The notes under the pieces are model-generated. The model was not told where the DNA came from and searched no databases. It saw only the letters and a list, made by a program, of their open reading frames with translations. Below, one piece after another: positions 28,516 to 39,954 of a DNA stretch of 64,000 bases (its first letter is position 1; each line of letters begins with the position of its first letter). The position numbers and the translations under genes were made by a program. Source of the DNA: an uncultured cyanobacterium (GTDB lineage Bacteria > Cyanobacteriota > Cyanobacteriia > CAKZMO01); the NCBI GenBank assembly GCA_963719515.1, contig CAVRCJ010000011.1, positions 224,001 through 288,000 of the forward strand. Direction: 5' to 3'.

Positions 28516-29706
28516 ATGTCTTCCAAAGTCGCTGTGTTCCCGCGAATTCTAGAATCTCCCGCCATCGCTAAAAAGCTGCAGCTGCTGAGCACGCTGAAGC
28601 GGGTTGGCTTTAGCGGCAGGCTCATTTGGAAAAGCGACTCTGGCCTAGCCTGGGTTTTCTTTTTCAACTCGGGTGAGGTTATCTACGCAACCGGTGGTCG
28701 GCAGTCCATCCGGCGGTGGTATCGATATTTATATCAGCAATGTCCCTCTCGGGTCACCAACTTCCAGACCCTGCAGCGGCAGCTGGTCGCTATAGAGCAT
28801 CCCATACTTCCTAAATGTCCCGACTATCAGCTGCTCTACGACTGGGTGACCCAAGACCAGCTTGCTCCAGATCAGTTGAGCCAGCTTGCCGAGGCGATCG
28901 CCAGCGAAATCCTGTTCGACATTGGGCAGCAGTCCAACGTCACTCACGAGCTCCAGCAAACTAAACCCGTCGCCGTCCTGCCAGACGTCTTGGCGAGTAG
29001 TGACGCCATTGCCTCCAACGTAGCCCAGCTGTGTCAGCGCTGGCAAGCGGCAGACCTCCCCAACTATCCCCTCAGCTACATCCCTGTGATTCGTCAGCCG
29101 GAGCAGCTTGAAGCAGCCACCCCACCCCAGGTTTACCGCATGCTGACGTCGGTGATTGACGGCAAGCGAACCCTTTGGGACATTGTGCTCAAAACTCAGC
29201 GAGATACGATTCAGGTCGTCAAAGCGCTTCATCCCTACTTAAAGGCGGGGTGGATTGACCTAGTCGAGCTGCAAAAAGATGCCGCGCACCCGGCCCGCAC
29301 GCCGCCTAAAACCACCCCCAGCAGCAAGCCAGCGGTTGCCTGCGTCGACGATAGCCCAATGGTTTGTCAGTCCCTAGGGCAAATCGTCAGGTCTTCAGGA
29401 TACGAATTTATCGGTATTCTCGATGCTTCGCGGGCGATCGCAACGCTGCTGAGCCGCAAGCCCGAAGTTATCTTCTTAGACCTCATTATGCCTGAGACCA
29501 ACGGCTACGAAATCTGTAGTCAGCTGCGCAAGACGTCTCAGTTTAAAGAAACGCCAATTGTGATTTTGACGGGTAACGATGGCGTCGTTGACCAGGTTCG
29601 AGCCCGTCTGATGGGGGCAACCGATTTCATCAGCAAACCCATAGAGCCGGTCATAATTTTGAATATTATTCATAAATATCTGCCGGTTAACTCATCTCAG
29701 GGGTGA
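28516..29706 (+). CDS. PatA-family response regulator (PATAN + REC; PixG/PilG-like)
   Basis: FSGRL..W.FFFNSGEVIYATGG..RRW; C-terminal REC VDDS..FLDLIMP..NGYEIC. Confidence 0.9.
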   Translation: MSSKVAVFPRILESPAIAKKLQLLSTLKRVGFSGRLIWKSDSGLAWVFFFNSGEVIYATGGRQSIRRWYRYLYQQCPSRVTNFQTLQRQLVAIEHPILPKCPDYQLLYDWVTQDQLAPDQLSQLAEAIASEILFDIGQQSNVTHELQQTKPVAVLPDVLASSDAIASNVAQLCQRWQAADLPNYPLSYIPVIRQPEQLEAATPPQVYRMLTSVIDGKRTLWDIVLKTQRDTIQVVKALHPYLKAGWIDLVELQKDAAHPARTPPKTTPSSKPAVACVDDSPMVCQSLGQIVRSSGYEFIGILDASRAIATLLSRKPEVIFLDLIMPETNGYEICSQLRKTSQFKETPIVILTGNDGVVDQVRARLMGATDFISKPIEPVIILNIIHKYLPVNSSQG

Positions 29707-29781
29707 ACAAAGGACTAGGGTATTGATGTTATCTACCGCGTTCGTTATTCATTTCTTTACTAGTTTAAAGGGTAGGTAAAC

Positions 29782-30144
29782 GTGAGCATAGTGTTAGTCG
29801 TTGAAGATAATAACACCGAGAAGGCAATTATTACTAACTGCCTGCAGACTAATGGCGTCAGCGTGCTGACGGCTCAAAACGCAGAGGAAGCCTTTGAGCA
29901 GCTAAAGAACCACCAGTTTGATGCCGTTATTCTAGACATCGTGCTGCCCGACCGCAGCGGATTTGAAATTTGCCGCGAGCTCAAAGCAGAAGCCGGAACC
30001 AGCAAAATTCCCGTGGTCATGTGCTCCACCAAAAACGGCGAAATGGATAAGTTTTGGGGGATGAAGCAGGGCGCGGATGCCTACTTGTCCAAACCGATTG
30101 ACCAAGACGAGCTGGTTCGCACCGTCAAACAGTTTTTGGTCTAG
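29782..30144 (+). CDS. CheY-like response regulator (PixH/PilH-like)
   Basis: VED, ILDIVLP, DKFWGMKQGADAYLSKP. Confidence 0.93.
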   Translation: MSIVLVVEDNNTEKAIITNCLQTNGVSVLTAQNAEEAFEQLKNHQFDAVILDIVLPDRSGFEICRELKAEAGTSKIPVVMCSTKNGEMDKFWGMKQGADAYLSKPIDQDELVRTVKQFLV

Positions 30145-30155
30145 AGGGCGTTGAT

Positions 30156-30776
30156 ATGGCCAACTCAACTCCCCAACCCGCACCTGTCCCAGGCTCAGTA
30201 GCGCTGGAAGCCAGCGCTACCGGCGCTCCTATCCCTAGTGCTTCCTCTCTCAGCGCCCCCACAGAGGTCGCCAGCATAGCGCCTGCTGGCGACCAGATGC
30301 TCAGAGTTTCCGCAGCTGACGTCGAGCTGCTGCTGCCGGTCGAGTATCTGGTGGAAATTTTGACCATCCCCAGTGGTCAGGTCGTGCCTATCTTTCATCT
30401 GCCGCCATGGGTGCCCGGCGTCTACAACTGGCGCGGTGAGATCCTATGGACAGCGGATCTCAGCCATCTGCTGGGGCTACCCCCGTGGTACCAGCAGGCC
30501 AACTACGGGGCCAATCACACCGTAGTTGTGCTCGATTACCCCGAGTCTCGGCAGCTGCGCAACGAAGAGCGATCGCCCCTAGGGCTAATCGTCAACAGCG
30601 TCAAAGACATGACGCCGATAGATCTCAGCGTCCTATCGGCCTCCCCTAGCCACAAGTCCAGCGCCATCGACCAACCAGGTCAGTTTGTTCAGGGCTACTG
30701 GTCTCAGCCTGGTGTAGACCTCCCTGTCTTAAATGGCAGAGCCATTCTAGACGCCATGCCCCAACCCAACGAATAG
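30156..30776 (+). CDS. cheW: CheW-like adaptor
   Basis: EILTIP..VVPIFHLPPWVPGVYNWRGEILW. Confidence 0.9.
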   Translation: MANSTPQPAPVPGSVALEASATGAPIPSASSLSAPTEVASIAPAGDQMLRVSAADVELLLPVEYLVEILTIPSGQVVPIFHLPPWVPGVYNWRGEILWTADLSHLLGLPPWYQQANYGANHTVVVLDYPESRQLRNEERSPLGLIVNSVKDMTPIDLSVLSASPSHKSSAIDQPGQFVQGYWSQPGVDLPVLNGRAILDAMPQPNE

Positions 30777-30821
30777 TTCAGCCTCCAGCAATTAAGACTC
30801 GCTTCACAACCGCAATTTCTT

Positions 30822-31754
30822 ATGCTTTTACCTTCGAATATCAAACCCAAGCCAGCGGCATTCCTGCTGGGACTCACAATGCTGACGGTGTCATCGCTGT
30901 CAGCCTGTAGTCAGGTCAATAGCGGCGATGGGGCCGCTGCTGAATCTGACAGCAACGGCGTTGAGGTTGGTGTACTGGTCATCGACGACATTACGACGAC
31001 CCGTGACCGATATGAGCCCTTGTTCAAAGAGCTTAGCAAGGCAGTGGGTCAGCCCATTCAGTTTGTCCCCCTGACGCAAGCCTCTCAATTCAACGAGGTT
31101 CAAGACGGCGGCGTCAATTTTGTGATCACAAACCCGCTGGCATCGGTGCAGCTGAGCCAAAACTACAATACAGAGCTTCTGGCGACGCTGTCTCGGACCG
31201 GCACAGGGTCGGAGTTTGGCGGTGTAATCATCGTCAAGTCCGATAGCGCTATCAACAGCATTGCTGACTTAAAAGGAAAGACCGGCGCTTGTGTTTCTAT
31301 GACCACGGCAGCCGGGGGCTGTCTGTTTCAGATGTATCACCTGCAGACTAAAGGGGTCGATCCCTATCTCGACGTCGCCAGCATACAGGAGATTCCGTCT
31401 CAAAATGTGATTGTGCAAACTGTCATCAACGGCGAGGTGGACTTTGGCTTTGTGCGCTCCGGGCAGCTTGAGAGAATGGTCAGCCAAGGGACCATCCCTA
31501 GCGCAGACGCTGTAAAAGTTCTAGAACCGGCCACAGATAGCTATTCCCTACCCCACACGACCCGGCTCTATCCAGACTGGGCTGTTTCAGCGACCCAAGA
31601 TGCCCCCGCTGATTTAGTCAACAAGATGCAGCAGGCGCTCCTAAACCTGCCATCGGATAGCGACGCTCTGAGCAACGCCAACATTGAGCAATTTGTGCCG
31701 GCGGAAGACTACGGCGGCGTCAACGAACTTATTGAAACGTTTGACCTCAAATAA
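30822..31754 (+). CDS. PhnD/phosphonate-bd family substrate-binding lipoprotein
   Basis: Lipobox LSAC; FVITNP, FGGVIIVKSDSAINSIADLKGK, GEVDFGFVR, LYPDW. Confidence 0.82.
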   Translation: MLLPSNIKPKPAAFLLGLTMLTVSSLSACSQVNSGDGAAAESDSNGVEVGVLVIDDITTTRDRYEPLFKELSKAVGQPIQFVPLTQASQFNEVQDGGVNFVITNPLASVQLSQNYNTELLATLSRTGTGSEFGGVIIVKSDSAINSIADLKGKTGACVSMTTAAGGCLFQMYHLQTKGVDPYLDVASIQEIPSQNVIVQTVINGEVDFGFVRSGQLERMVSQGTIPSADAVKVLEPATDSYSLPHTTRLYPDWAVSATQDAPADLVNKMQQALLNLPSDSDALSNANIEQFVPAEDYGGVNELIETFDLK

Positions 31755-31829
31755 GCCAGCCCGTTCTACCTGCCCTATTCCCTCCCACACTTCCCCACCT
31801 GTACCTGTTGTAACTCCAGGCAAAATGTC

Positions 31830-34817
31830 ATGACCCAGCTTCCACTCCAATCCCCATCCACCCCGCTCACCCAAGACCCCGAATCCTCTGTCGTTTTGCC
31901 CGTGGTTGACAATCCTCCCGCCGGTACTATTCGAGAAGACCTCCAGCCTGATAGCGCCGCCGTCGGGGCGGGGGGCAACACCCTCAGACGACAGCTGTTC
32001 ACAACAGTCCTACCTCTGACCATTACGCCCCTAGTTGTAGCTAGTATTGCGGGCTACACCATCATTCAGCGGGACAGCACCCGCGACCTGAATGCCCAGC
32101 TCGCGAGTCAGGTTCTTTTGGCCAAGGACCTGGTGGACGACACCATTGACCGAGACACCAACCTGACCCAAAACGTTGCCCTAAATCCTCTGGTGCAGAG
32201 TCTGGCCAAAGCCTCTAGCGATATTGCCGTCGAGCAGGATTTGCTGGAGGTTCCGGCTGAGGAGCTAGAAACCCGCTTTTCCCAGTCGAAAGTGTTACAG
32301 GCTGACCAGGGCTTCAACGATTACCTCGCGCGGGTTGCAGAAACGGAGGGCTTTGCAGAGCTGATTGTAACAGAGCGCAACGGCCTCAACGTAGGCTATA
32401 GCACGACGCCGTCGACCTTCGGCCAAGCGAGGGACCAGTGGTGGCAGCAGGGCCGCGCCTCAGGGCAGTGGGTAAGCGACCCGGAGTACGATGAGTCCAC
32501 AGACACCTTCGGATTCACCGTCAGCAACCAGATTAAAGACTCCCAAACCGGAGAATTCCTGGGCGTCATCAAGGGCTTTTTCCCGGCAGAGGTGTATGAC
32601 GATCTGGCTGAATACCTGCAAGACAATGGTATTGAGGGGTCTCAGCGGGTAGAAATCCTAGACTCAAGCTCGGGGCGGGCGATCGTAGTCATTGACGACG
32701 GAGGGACACAGCTTCCCGCCAATGCGGAAGATGCGTTGGAGACCACAGGCGGACGGGTCGTCGGTGAAATTGCCGCAAAGCTCGGCGAGCTAAATCGACA
32801 GGGGGAGGGAGCTAACCTAGAGGTCTTTGCAGCGAGCCTAGAGGAAGACTACCCCGTCGGCAACCTGACGCTGACAACGCTGGGCGGAGTTGGAGAAGAG
32901 GACAGCGGCTCTGACCCCGTGCTTTCCTTTGACCTAGAGGGCAAGCGATTCACCTTGGCCGCCGCCTCTGCTGTGGACTGGGTCTCCATATCCTCCATGG
33001 ACCTCTCTGAAATTCGAGCCCAGGGCCGCAGCCTGCTCTTTATCTTTGCCCTCATCGGGCTGGTGCTGGCGGCGGTTAGTAGCGTATTTACCATTGGTCT
33101 ATCCCGACGGCTCTCCGAACCCCTGTACAGCCTCTCCGAAAGCGCCCGCGAAATGGCCACCGGAAACCTGGACGTGACGGCGCAGCTTCAGGGCACCTCC
33201 GAGACCCAAACCCTGGCCCAGACCTTTAACGAGCTGGTGCGTAGGGTCAAGGGATCTCTGCTAGAGCAGACCCGCAACGCTGAGGAAGCCAACCTGCTGG
33301 CGTTCGTTACCGGTGCAAAGGTTGACTCTGAGGAAGATCTGGCGGCGATGTTTGACCAAGCGACTCAGCAGGCCCGAAGCATTTTGGAAGCTGACCGCCT
33401 GGTGGTCTACCGCTTTAACCTCGAAACCTGGAATGGCCGCATCGCCTCTGAGTCAGTAGAGGGCAGTCAGCCCAGCGCCTTTGCCCAAGGACTCGATGAT
33501 CCCTGCATTCCAGAAGCCACCCGCAGTAAGTATCTCAACGACGGCCTCTACCTGCACAACAATATCAGCGCAGCGCAGCTCCACCCCGAACATCTGGCCC
33601 TACTGGAAAATCTTAAAGTGCGATCGGTGCTGGGCACCCCCATCATCAGCCAAGGTCGGCTTTACGGACTGCTGATTGCCCACCACTGCAGCGCGCTCCA
33701 TACTTGGCAGCCTTCTGAGATTAGCTTCATGAAGCGAGTCGGACAGCAGCTAGGTCTAGTGATCGAGCGGATTACCCTGCGGGAGCAAACGGTGCAGCTT
33801 GCAGAAGAGCAGCGGCAAATTAAGGAAACCCTACAGCGGAATGCGCTGCAGCTGCTGATGGACGTTGACCCGGTGAGCGAAGGGGACCTGACGGTGCGGG
33901 CAAGAGTAACGGAGGACGAAATCGGTACGGTTGCAGACTCCTACAACGCGACAATCACCAACCTCAGAAAGATTGTGACCCAGGTGCAGCTGGCGGCCCG
34001 TCAGGTGGCCGACACCACAGTGGAAAGTGAAGCGTCGGCCCAATCGCTGTCAAAGTCTGCAATGCGGCAGGCGCAGGATATTTCTGAGGCCCTAGACCGA
34101 GCCCAGGAGATGGCTAACTCAGCCCAGCTGGTGGCCACCAACGCGGCTAAAGCAGGAGAAGCGGTGCAGGCTGCCGCCCTGACGGTGCAAGAGGGTGACG
34201 ATGCCATGAACCGTACGGTAGACGGCATTCTCGGCATTCGCGAGACGGTGGCAGAGACGGCGAAGAAGGTGAAGCGACTGGGGGAATCGTCTCAAAAGAT
34301 TTCCAATGTGGTCAACCTGATTAGTGGATTTGCCGCTCAGACGAACATGCTGGCGCTGAACGCCTCAATTGAGGCCTCCCGCGCCGGTGAGGACAGCAAA
34401 GGCTTTGCGGTGGTCGCGGAAGAGGTGCGAGAGCTGGCTCGTCAGTCGGCGGAAGCAACCACGGAAATCGAGAAGCTGGTGGCCGACATTCAGTCGGAGA
34501 CCAACGAGGTGGTCGTGGCGATGGAAACCGGTACGGAGCAGGTGGTTTCTGGAACGAAGCTAGTGGATGAAACCCGCGAAAGCTTGAACAAAATCACCGC
34601 AACGAGCCGGCAAATTAGCGAGCTGGTGGAATCGATTACCCAAGCAACAGTCGTTCAGACCCGGGCCTCTGAAGCGGTGACCGACGTCATGACCAACGTG
34701 GCGGCGATCGCCACCCAAAACACCGAAGAGGCGAACAAAGTTTATGGCTCCTTTGAAGACCTGAACAGCGTGGCAAAAACACTGCAGTCTGAGGTGGATC
34801 GATTCAAAGTGAGCTAA
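31830..34817 (+). CDS. Methyl-accepting chemotaxis protein (TM - Cache-like - TM - HAMP - GAF - MCP signal)
   Basis: Two TMs, [11 protein letters not shown]ache-like motif, HAMP, GAF with [18 protein letters not shown] and [13 protein letters not shown]. Confidence 0.95.
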   Translation: MTQLPLQSPSTPLTQDPESSVVLPVVDNPPAGTIREDLQPDSAAVGAGGNTLRRQLFTTVLPLTITPLVVASIAGYTIIQRDSTRDLNAQLASQVLLAKDLVDDTIDRDTNLTQNVALNPLVQSLAKASSDIAVEQDLLEVPAEELETRFSQSKVLQADQGFNDYLARVAETEGFAELIVTERNGLNVGYSTTPSTFGQARDQWWQQGRASGQWVSDPEYDESTDTFGFTVSNQIKDSQTGEFLGVIKGFFPAEVYDDLAEYLQDNGIEGSQRVEILDSSSGRAIVVIDDGGTQLPANAEDALETTGGRVVGEIAAKLGELNRQGEGANLEVFAASLEEDYPVGNLTLTTLGGVGEEDSGSDPVLSFDLEGKRFTLAAASAVDWVSISSMDLSEIRAQGRSLLFIFALIGLVLAAVSSVFTIGLSRRLSEPLYSLSESAREMATGNLDVTAQLQGTSETQTLAQTFNELVRRVKGSLLEQTRNAEEANLLAFVTGAKVDSEEDLAAMFDQATQQARSILEADRLVVYRFNLETWNGRIASESVEGSQPSAFAQGLDDPCIPEATRSKYLNDGLYLHNNISAAQLHPEHLALLENLKVRSVLGTPIISQGRLYGLLIAHHCSALHTWQPSEISFMKRVGQQLGLVIERITLREQTVQLAEEQRQIKETLQRNALQLLMDVDPVSEGDLTVRARVTEDEIGTVADSYNATITNLRKIVTQVQLAARQVADTTVESEASAQSLSKSAMRQAQDISEALDRAQEMANSAQLVATNAAKAGEAVQAAALTVQEGDDAMNRTVDGILGIRETVAETAKKVKRLGESSQKISNVVNLISGFAAQTNMLALNASIEASRAGEDSKGFAVVAEEVRELARQSAEATTEIEKLVADIQSETNEVVVAMETGTEQVVSGTKLVDETRESLNKITATSRQISELVESITQATVVQTRASEAVTDVMTNVAAIATQNTEEANKVYGSFEDLNSVAKTLQSEVDRFKVS

Positions 34818-34972
34818 GGCCCCCTTTGGGCTGTGAGCTTGACCTAGCCGTTTTAACTCCAAAAACGGCTGGGCCAAACTAGGCGTACCGGCTGTACGCC
34901 CTTGACGGTATTACCGCTTGTCGGCAACCGCGACTGGCGTTCTCGCTCCTCTAACTTTTTCCAAGTGCTGCT

Positions 34973-37900
34973 ATGGCGATTAATTCTGACATCCGCGACC
35001 AAGCCTATGAGTTTTTTGTTGAAGAGGCTCCTGAACTCTTACAGACGATTGAGTCTGGATTGTTGAGTCTGCGGCAAGAGCGCGATAAGAACACTATCCA
35101 CAGCATTATGCGGGCGGCTCACTCTCTCAAGGGTGGGTCAGCCAGCGTCGGATTAGACGCGATTAAGACAATTTCTCACCGAGTAGAGGCGATTTTTAAG
35201 TCGCTCTACAGTGACACCCTCACGATCGATTCAGAGCTTGAAACTCAGCTGCTCGCGGCCTATGATTGCCTAAGAATTCCGCTCCATGAGCTGTTCGAGA
35301 CAGGGCAGTTTGAGACGGAAGCAGCGTTAGACACCGCAGAAGAAGTTCTAGCGCCGCTCGAAGTTCGCTGTTGCGATGCGATTGCAGAGACCCGAGATTT
35401 CGTCCCCGGTTCTGCGGATCTGGGCGTCAATATGGCGATCTCCATCTTTGAGGTGGATGTGGCAGAAGGAATTCAGCGACTGGAGATGGCGCTGGCCACT
35501 ACCCCTGCTGATATCGGAGCTGAGCTGCGGGCCCAGGCTGAGGTGTTTATCGGATTTGCTGAACTACTCAACCTATCTGGCTTTGCCGCCATCGCCCAGA
35601 CAATCCTTACGGCCATCAATGCCCGCCCCTACCGAGCGGCTGACATCGCGGCGCTTGCCATCGAAGACCTGAAGGCTGGCCGCGAGGCGGTGCTGCAGGG
35701 AGACGCCGTGGGCGGGCAGCCCTCGCCGGCCTTGCTCGATATCACGGCTGGCGCTGTCGATGAGCCGCTGGCAGCGACGGACCTACTGGATGACGCTCTA
35801 GATCTCGATCTGCTGAGCGACGATGCCCTGAATGGCGGTCTACTAGACGGCGATCTACTAGACGGCGATTTACTGGATAGCGACTTCTTCGGTGGGGAGC
35901 CACTGGATGGAGAGGTCCTGGATATTGCAGTAGATATCGACGCTCTGCCCAGCGCCCCATCCGATACCCCTGACCTAGCCGGCGACTCAAACGTCGGCGT
36001 AGACCTTGACGCATCCAGCAGCGACGCCCCAGAGGCTGAGCCGGGCCGCGAGGCAGGAGATCAACACGCCTGGAGCCGCTTCATTCTAGAGTCAGCGTCC
36101 GAGCCGGCAGAGGCTACATCGGCTGGCGCTGATGGGGAAGACGAATTGGCCTTGGACCTGTCAGACCCGCTGACAGGTGAAGCCCTCCCGCAAGAAACCT
36201 TTGAGCCCTCGAGTGGCGATCGCCATCCGGGAGAGTTGAACCTGGAGGCAGCTGCGGATAGCGCAGTCGGTGACGCTGCAGATGCCGCTGAGATGGAGGT
36301 TGTTGAGGCGGATGCTGTTGAAGTGGATGGTATTGCAGCCGACAGCGTCGTGGCTGACAGTGTAGACCAGACCAGCTCATCCCCCCCTACCGCCGCGAAG
36401 CCCTCCCCAAAACGCAGACCTAGCGCCAAAGCCATAGCGCCCAATCTTACCGTCCGCGTCGATACCGAACGGCTGTCTCGGATGAACAACCTGCTGGGTG
36501 AACTCACCATCAGCCGTAACGGACTGGAGCTGCAAAACACGCAGGCTCAGCGGGGAACCCGTGAGCTGCAAAAGCGTTTCCAGCGGTTTCAAGACGCGGT
36601 GGAAACCATTCGCTCTTTCTCCGACCAGCTCCTGCTTCGGGATCAGCACCCGACGGGCCGCAGAGCGCCGTCAAACGAATCATCTGCGGCGTCCGGAGAT
36701 TTGCGGGGCGACTTCGACGCCCTAGAAATGGACCGCTACAGCACGCTTTACGCCCAAACTCAGCTGCTGCTGGAGGAAATTGTGCAGCTAGAGGAGGCGG
36801 TTGAGGACGTCTCGCTATTCACCCGGCAGTCTGGCCAGATGCTGGGCCGCCATCGCAAAATGCTCTCTAGCATGCAGGACGAGCTGATGTGGGCCAGAAT
36901 GCTGCCCATCGGCACCTTGCTAAATCGCTTCCCGCGCATGCTGCGCGATTTGTCTAACCAGCATGAAAAGCCGGTGAGGCTACAGCTGACAGGCGCTGAC
37001 CTGCTGGTGGACAAAGTAGTCTTAGAGAAATTGTACGACCCCCTGCTGCACCTGTTGCGGAACGGCTTTGACCACGGCATCGAACCCACTGCCGACCGAC
37101 AGCAGGCCGGCAAACCTGCGGAAGGTCAACTCTCGGTGACGGCGGTTTACCGAGGGCGGCAGGTGATCATCGAGGTGAAAGACGATGGCCGCGGTCTCAA
37201 CGGCGATCGCATTCGACAGCGGGCCGTTCAGATAGGACTGCTGCCTGAGTCAGAAGCACAGCAGATGAGCGACCAGGACCTGCACGAGCTCATTTTCCAG
37301 CCTGGATTTTCAACAGCGGCGCAGGTGAGCGATCTGTCGGGCCGGGGTGTGGGTCTAGACGTGGTGCGAGAGCAGGTGCGAGACCTCAACGGCCGCGTCA
37401 GCGTTGCCTCCACCCTAGGGCAAGGGACCGCGTTCACCCTTACCCTACCGCTAACGCTGACGGTGCTCAATTTGCTCATCTGCTTCGTCGGCTCTACGCC
37501 GCTGGCCTTCCGCAGCAGCGGCATTGTCGAGGTCACCATTCCCAAACCTGGGCAAACCTCCCAGGCAGGCGACGAGCTGTTTCTCCATTGGCAGGGCAAG
37601 ACGCTACGGGTCTACCAGATGTCTGACCTGCTGTCCTACAACTGCCTGCTTCCCGAAACGCCCCCCAGCCGGGTCCTGTCTGCAGTACCGTCGCCGTCAG
37701 ACTGGGCCTCTCCCATGCTAATTTGGCAGCGGGAAAAGGAAACCATTGCCATTCAGGTTGACCGCTTGGTCACAGAGCAAGAGCTGGTCGTCAAGCCCTT
37801 TGGCCGGGCGATCGCACCGCCGAGCTATGCCTACGGCTGCACAGTCTTGGGGGATGGTAGTCTCGTACCGGTGATTGATGGTCTTGTTCTTCTAGACTCA

Positions 37901-38389
37901 ATATTTGCCCGCTACCAGGACGCCGGCACGATTGTAGAGGCGTTAGAGCAGGCCGTCCGCACCACGGCGCAGCAGGACACCGTACAGATCACAGAAGCGG
38001 TGACGTTACTCGTGATCGACGATGCGGTAACCTCCCGGCGCACCCTAGCCCTCTCGCTGGAGCGGGCAGGCTACCGGGTGCTTCAGGCGCGGGATGGGCA
38101 GGAGGGCGTAGAGCAGCTAGGGCAAAATCCGGACGTTCAGCTGATCGTCTGCGACGTCGAGATGCCGGTAATGAACGGATTTGAGTTTTTGACCCACCGC
38201 CGCAAAACCCCCGAGATTACCACTATCCCGACGGTAATGCTCACCTCTCGAAGCAACGACAAGCACCGCTGGCTGGCCAAGCAGCTCGGCGCGACGGACT
38301 ACTTCACAAAGCCCTATCTAGAGCAGGAGTTCCTGAAGGCGATCGAGGTTCACCTTGAGGCTACTGAGGAAATGGCCGTGGTGCGGTAG
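34973..38389 (+). CDS. cheA: CheA-like hybrid histidine kinase (Hpt - acidic linker - HATPase - CheW - REC)
   Basis: MRAAHSLKG, HLLRNGFDHG, DDGRG, SGRGVGLDVV, C-terminal CDVEMP. Confidence 0.95.
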   Translation: MAINSDIRDQAYEFFVEEAPELLQTIESGLLSLRQERDKNTIHSIMRAAHSLKGGSASVGLDAIKTISHRVEAIFKSLYSDTLTIDSELETQLLAAYDCLRIPLHELFETGQFETEAALDTAEEVLAPLEVRCCDAIAETRDFVPGSADLGVNMAISIFEVDVAEGIQRLEMALATTPADIGAELRAQAEVFIGFAELLNLSGFAAIAQTILTAINARPYRAADIAALAIEDLKAGREAVLQGDAVGGQPSPALLDITAGAVDEPLAATDLLDDALDLDLLSDDALNGGLLDGDLLDGDLLDSDFFGGEPLDGEVLDIAVDIDALPSAPSDTPDLAGDSNVGVDLDASSSDAPEAEPGREAGDQHAWSRFILESASEPAEATSAGADGEDELALDLSDPLTGEALPQETFEPSSGDRHPGELNLEAAADSAVGDAADAAEMEVVEADAVEVDGIAADSVVADSVDQTSSSPPTAAKPSPKRRPSAKAIAPNLTVRVDTERLSRMNNLLGELTISRNGLELQNTQAQRGTRELQKRFQRFQDAVETIRSFSDQLLLRDQHPTGRRAPSNESSAASGDLRGDFDALEMDRYSTLYAQTQLLLEEIVQLEEAVEDVSLFTRQSGQMLGRHRKMLSSMQDELMWARMLPIGTLLNRFPRMLRDLSNQHEKPVRLQLTGADLLVDKVVLEKLYDPLLHLLRNGFDHGIEPTADRQQAGKPAEGQLSVTAVYRGRQVIIEVKDDGRGLNGDRIRQRAVQIGLLPESEAQQMSDQDLHELIFQPGFSTAAQVSDLSGRGVGLDVVREQVRDLNGRVSVASTLGQGTAFTLTLPLTLTVLNLLICFVGSTPLAFRSSGIVEVTIPKPGQTSQAGDELFLHWQGKTLRVYQMSDLLSYNCLLPETPPSRVLSAVPSPSDWASPMLIWQREKETIAIQVDRLVTEQELVVKPFGRAIAPPSYAYGCTVLGDGSLVPVIDGLVLLDSIFARYQDAGTIVEALEQAVRTTAQQDTVQITEAVTLLVIDDAVTSRRTLALSLERAGYRVLQARDGQEGVEQLGQNPDVQLIVCDVEMPVMNGFEFLTHRRKTPEITTIPTVMLTSRSNDKHRWLAKQLGATDYFTKPYLEQEFLKAIEVHLEATEEMAVVR

Positions 38390-38492
38390 GGTGCCCTGGC
38401 CGGGCAGAGACACAGCGTGCCCGCGCAGCGTCAGCTGGGGCCAGCAAATGCGGCAGACCCGGTAGAGTAGAGAGGTCGCTACAGCTATCCGC

Positions 38493-39902
38493 GTGAGCAA
38501 TCCGATTCTCGACCTCTCTTACGACCCTGCGTTTGAATCTTTAGGTGATGATTACTTTGACATCGTTGCCGCCGCCGAGTTTCCCCAACATATCCTACGT
38601 TTCCGTAGCGATCGCCTGCTGCCCCTGCTGGGCCTTGATCCTCAGCAGGTGAGCGACGAGAATTTTATCGAGGCGTTTGGGCAGTTTCGAGAGCGATCGC
38701 CCCTGTTGGCGATGCGCTATCACGGCCACCAGTTCGGCGAATACAACCCCTACATTGGAGACGGGCGCGGTTTCCTCTACGGTCAGGTCCGGGGCACCGA
38801 CGGCGAGCTCTATGACTTGGGCACTAAGGGCTCCGGGCCCACCCCCTATTCGCGGGGCGGCGACGGGCGGCTCACCCTTAAAGGGGGGGTACGAGAAATC
38901 TTGGCTTCGGAGGCGCTGCATCGCCAAGGGGTCAGAACCTCGCGAATTTTTAGCCTAATCGAGACGGGAGACAAGCTGTGGCGGGGCGACGAGCCCTCGC
39001 CAACGCGGGCCTCAGTAATGGTGCGGCTCAGCCGCAGCCATATTCGCTTTGGCACCTTCGAGCGGCTCCACTATCTCGGTCGCCCTGACCTGGCGCGTCA
39101 GCTCTTAGACCACGTCGTGGCGACTTACTACAGCCATCTGGAGGGAAAAGACGCCTACGAGCGCTTCTATGACGAGCTCGTGCAGCGAACCGCTCAGATG
39201 GCGGCGGGGTGGATGGCGGCAGGCTTTTGCCACGCGGTAATCAACAGCGACAATATGTCGATTACGGGGGAGAGCTTCGACTACGGCCCCTACGCCTTCA
39301 TCGCCACGTACGACCCCAAGTTCACCGCGGCCTATTTCGACTACCAAGGCCGCTACCGCTACGGAAATCAGCCCTTGGCCTGCCGCTGGAACTTGCACAT
39401 GCTGCAGCTGGTGCTCAAAGCGGTGATTCCGGTAGAGTCGATGGAGTCCAGTCTGGGGGACTTCGAAATGCACTACCAACAGGCCTATCGGGAGCGCATG
39501 GCTAACCGACTGGGGCTTGCGCCAACATCGCTGACCGTAATGACGGCGCTGGTGACTGCAACGACGGAGATGCTGCACCAAACGCAGGCCGGCTATCACG
39601 GCTTCTTCGCTGACCTGCGTCACTCCTTTTCATTGGATTGGAAGGGGTCTAGCGAGGCGATTTCCACCGCCCTGTCACTCCCCGATCATCCTAGCGTTCA
39701 AAAATGGGCCGAGCTATATCATTCGGCGCTGCTGCAGGAATCGGATTCTGGGGCAATACCGGCCCGACTGGTCCGGCACAATCCCAAAACGGTTCCCATC
39801 CGTCCCAAAATTGAGGCCGCCTGGGAACCAATTGTTGCTGAAGATAACTGGCAGCCGTTTTACGCATTGCTGACCCACATCTGCGAGGAAGACAAGCTTT
39901 AA
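38493..39902 (+). CDS. selO: SelO/YdiU protein adenylyltransferase
   Basis: [39 protein letters not shown]. Confidence 0.93.
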   Translation: MSNPILDLSYDPAFESLGDDYFDIVAAAEFPQHILRFRSDRLLPLLGLDPQQVSDENFIEAFGQFRERSPLLAMRYHGHQFGEYNPYIGDGRGFLYGQVRGTDGELYDLGTKGSGPTPYSRGGDGRLTLKGGVREILASEALHRQGVRTSRIFSLIETGDKLWRGDEPSPTRASVMVRLSRSHIRFGTFERLHYLGRPDLARQLLDHVVATYYSHLEGKDAYERFYDELVQRTAQMAAGWMAAGFCHAVINSDNMSITGESFDYGPYAFIATYDPKFTAAYFDYQGRYRYGNQPLACRWNLHMLQLVLKAVIPVESMESSLGDFEMHYQQAYRERMANRLGLAPTSLTVMTALVTATTEMLHQTQAGYHGFFADLRHSFSLDWKGSSEAISTALSLPDHPSVQKWAELYHSALLQESDSGAIPARLVRHNPKTVPIRPKIEAAWEPIVAEDNWQPFYALLTHICEEDKL

Positions 39903-39954
39903 AGCAGCTAGCACCGTTCCGTCAGAGACGCCTCTCGAAGCAGGACGCACCCCA

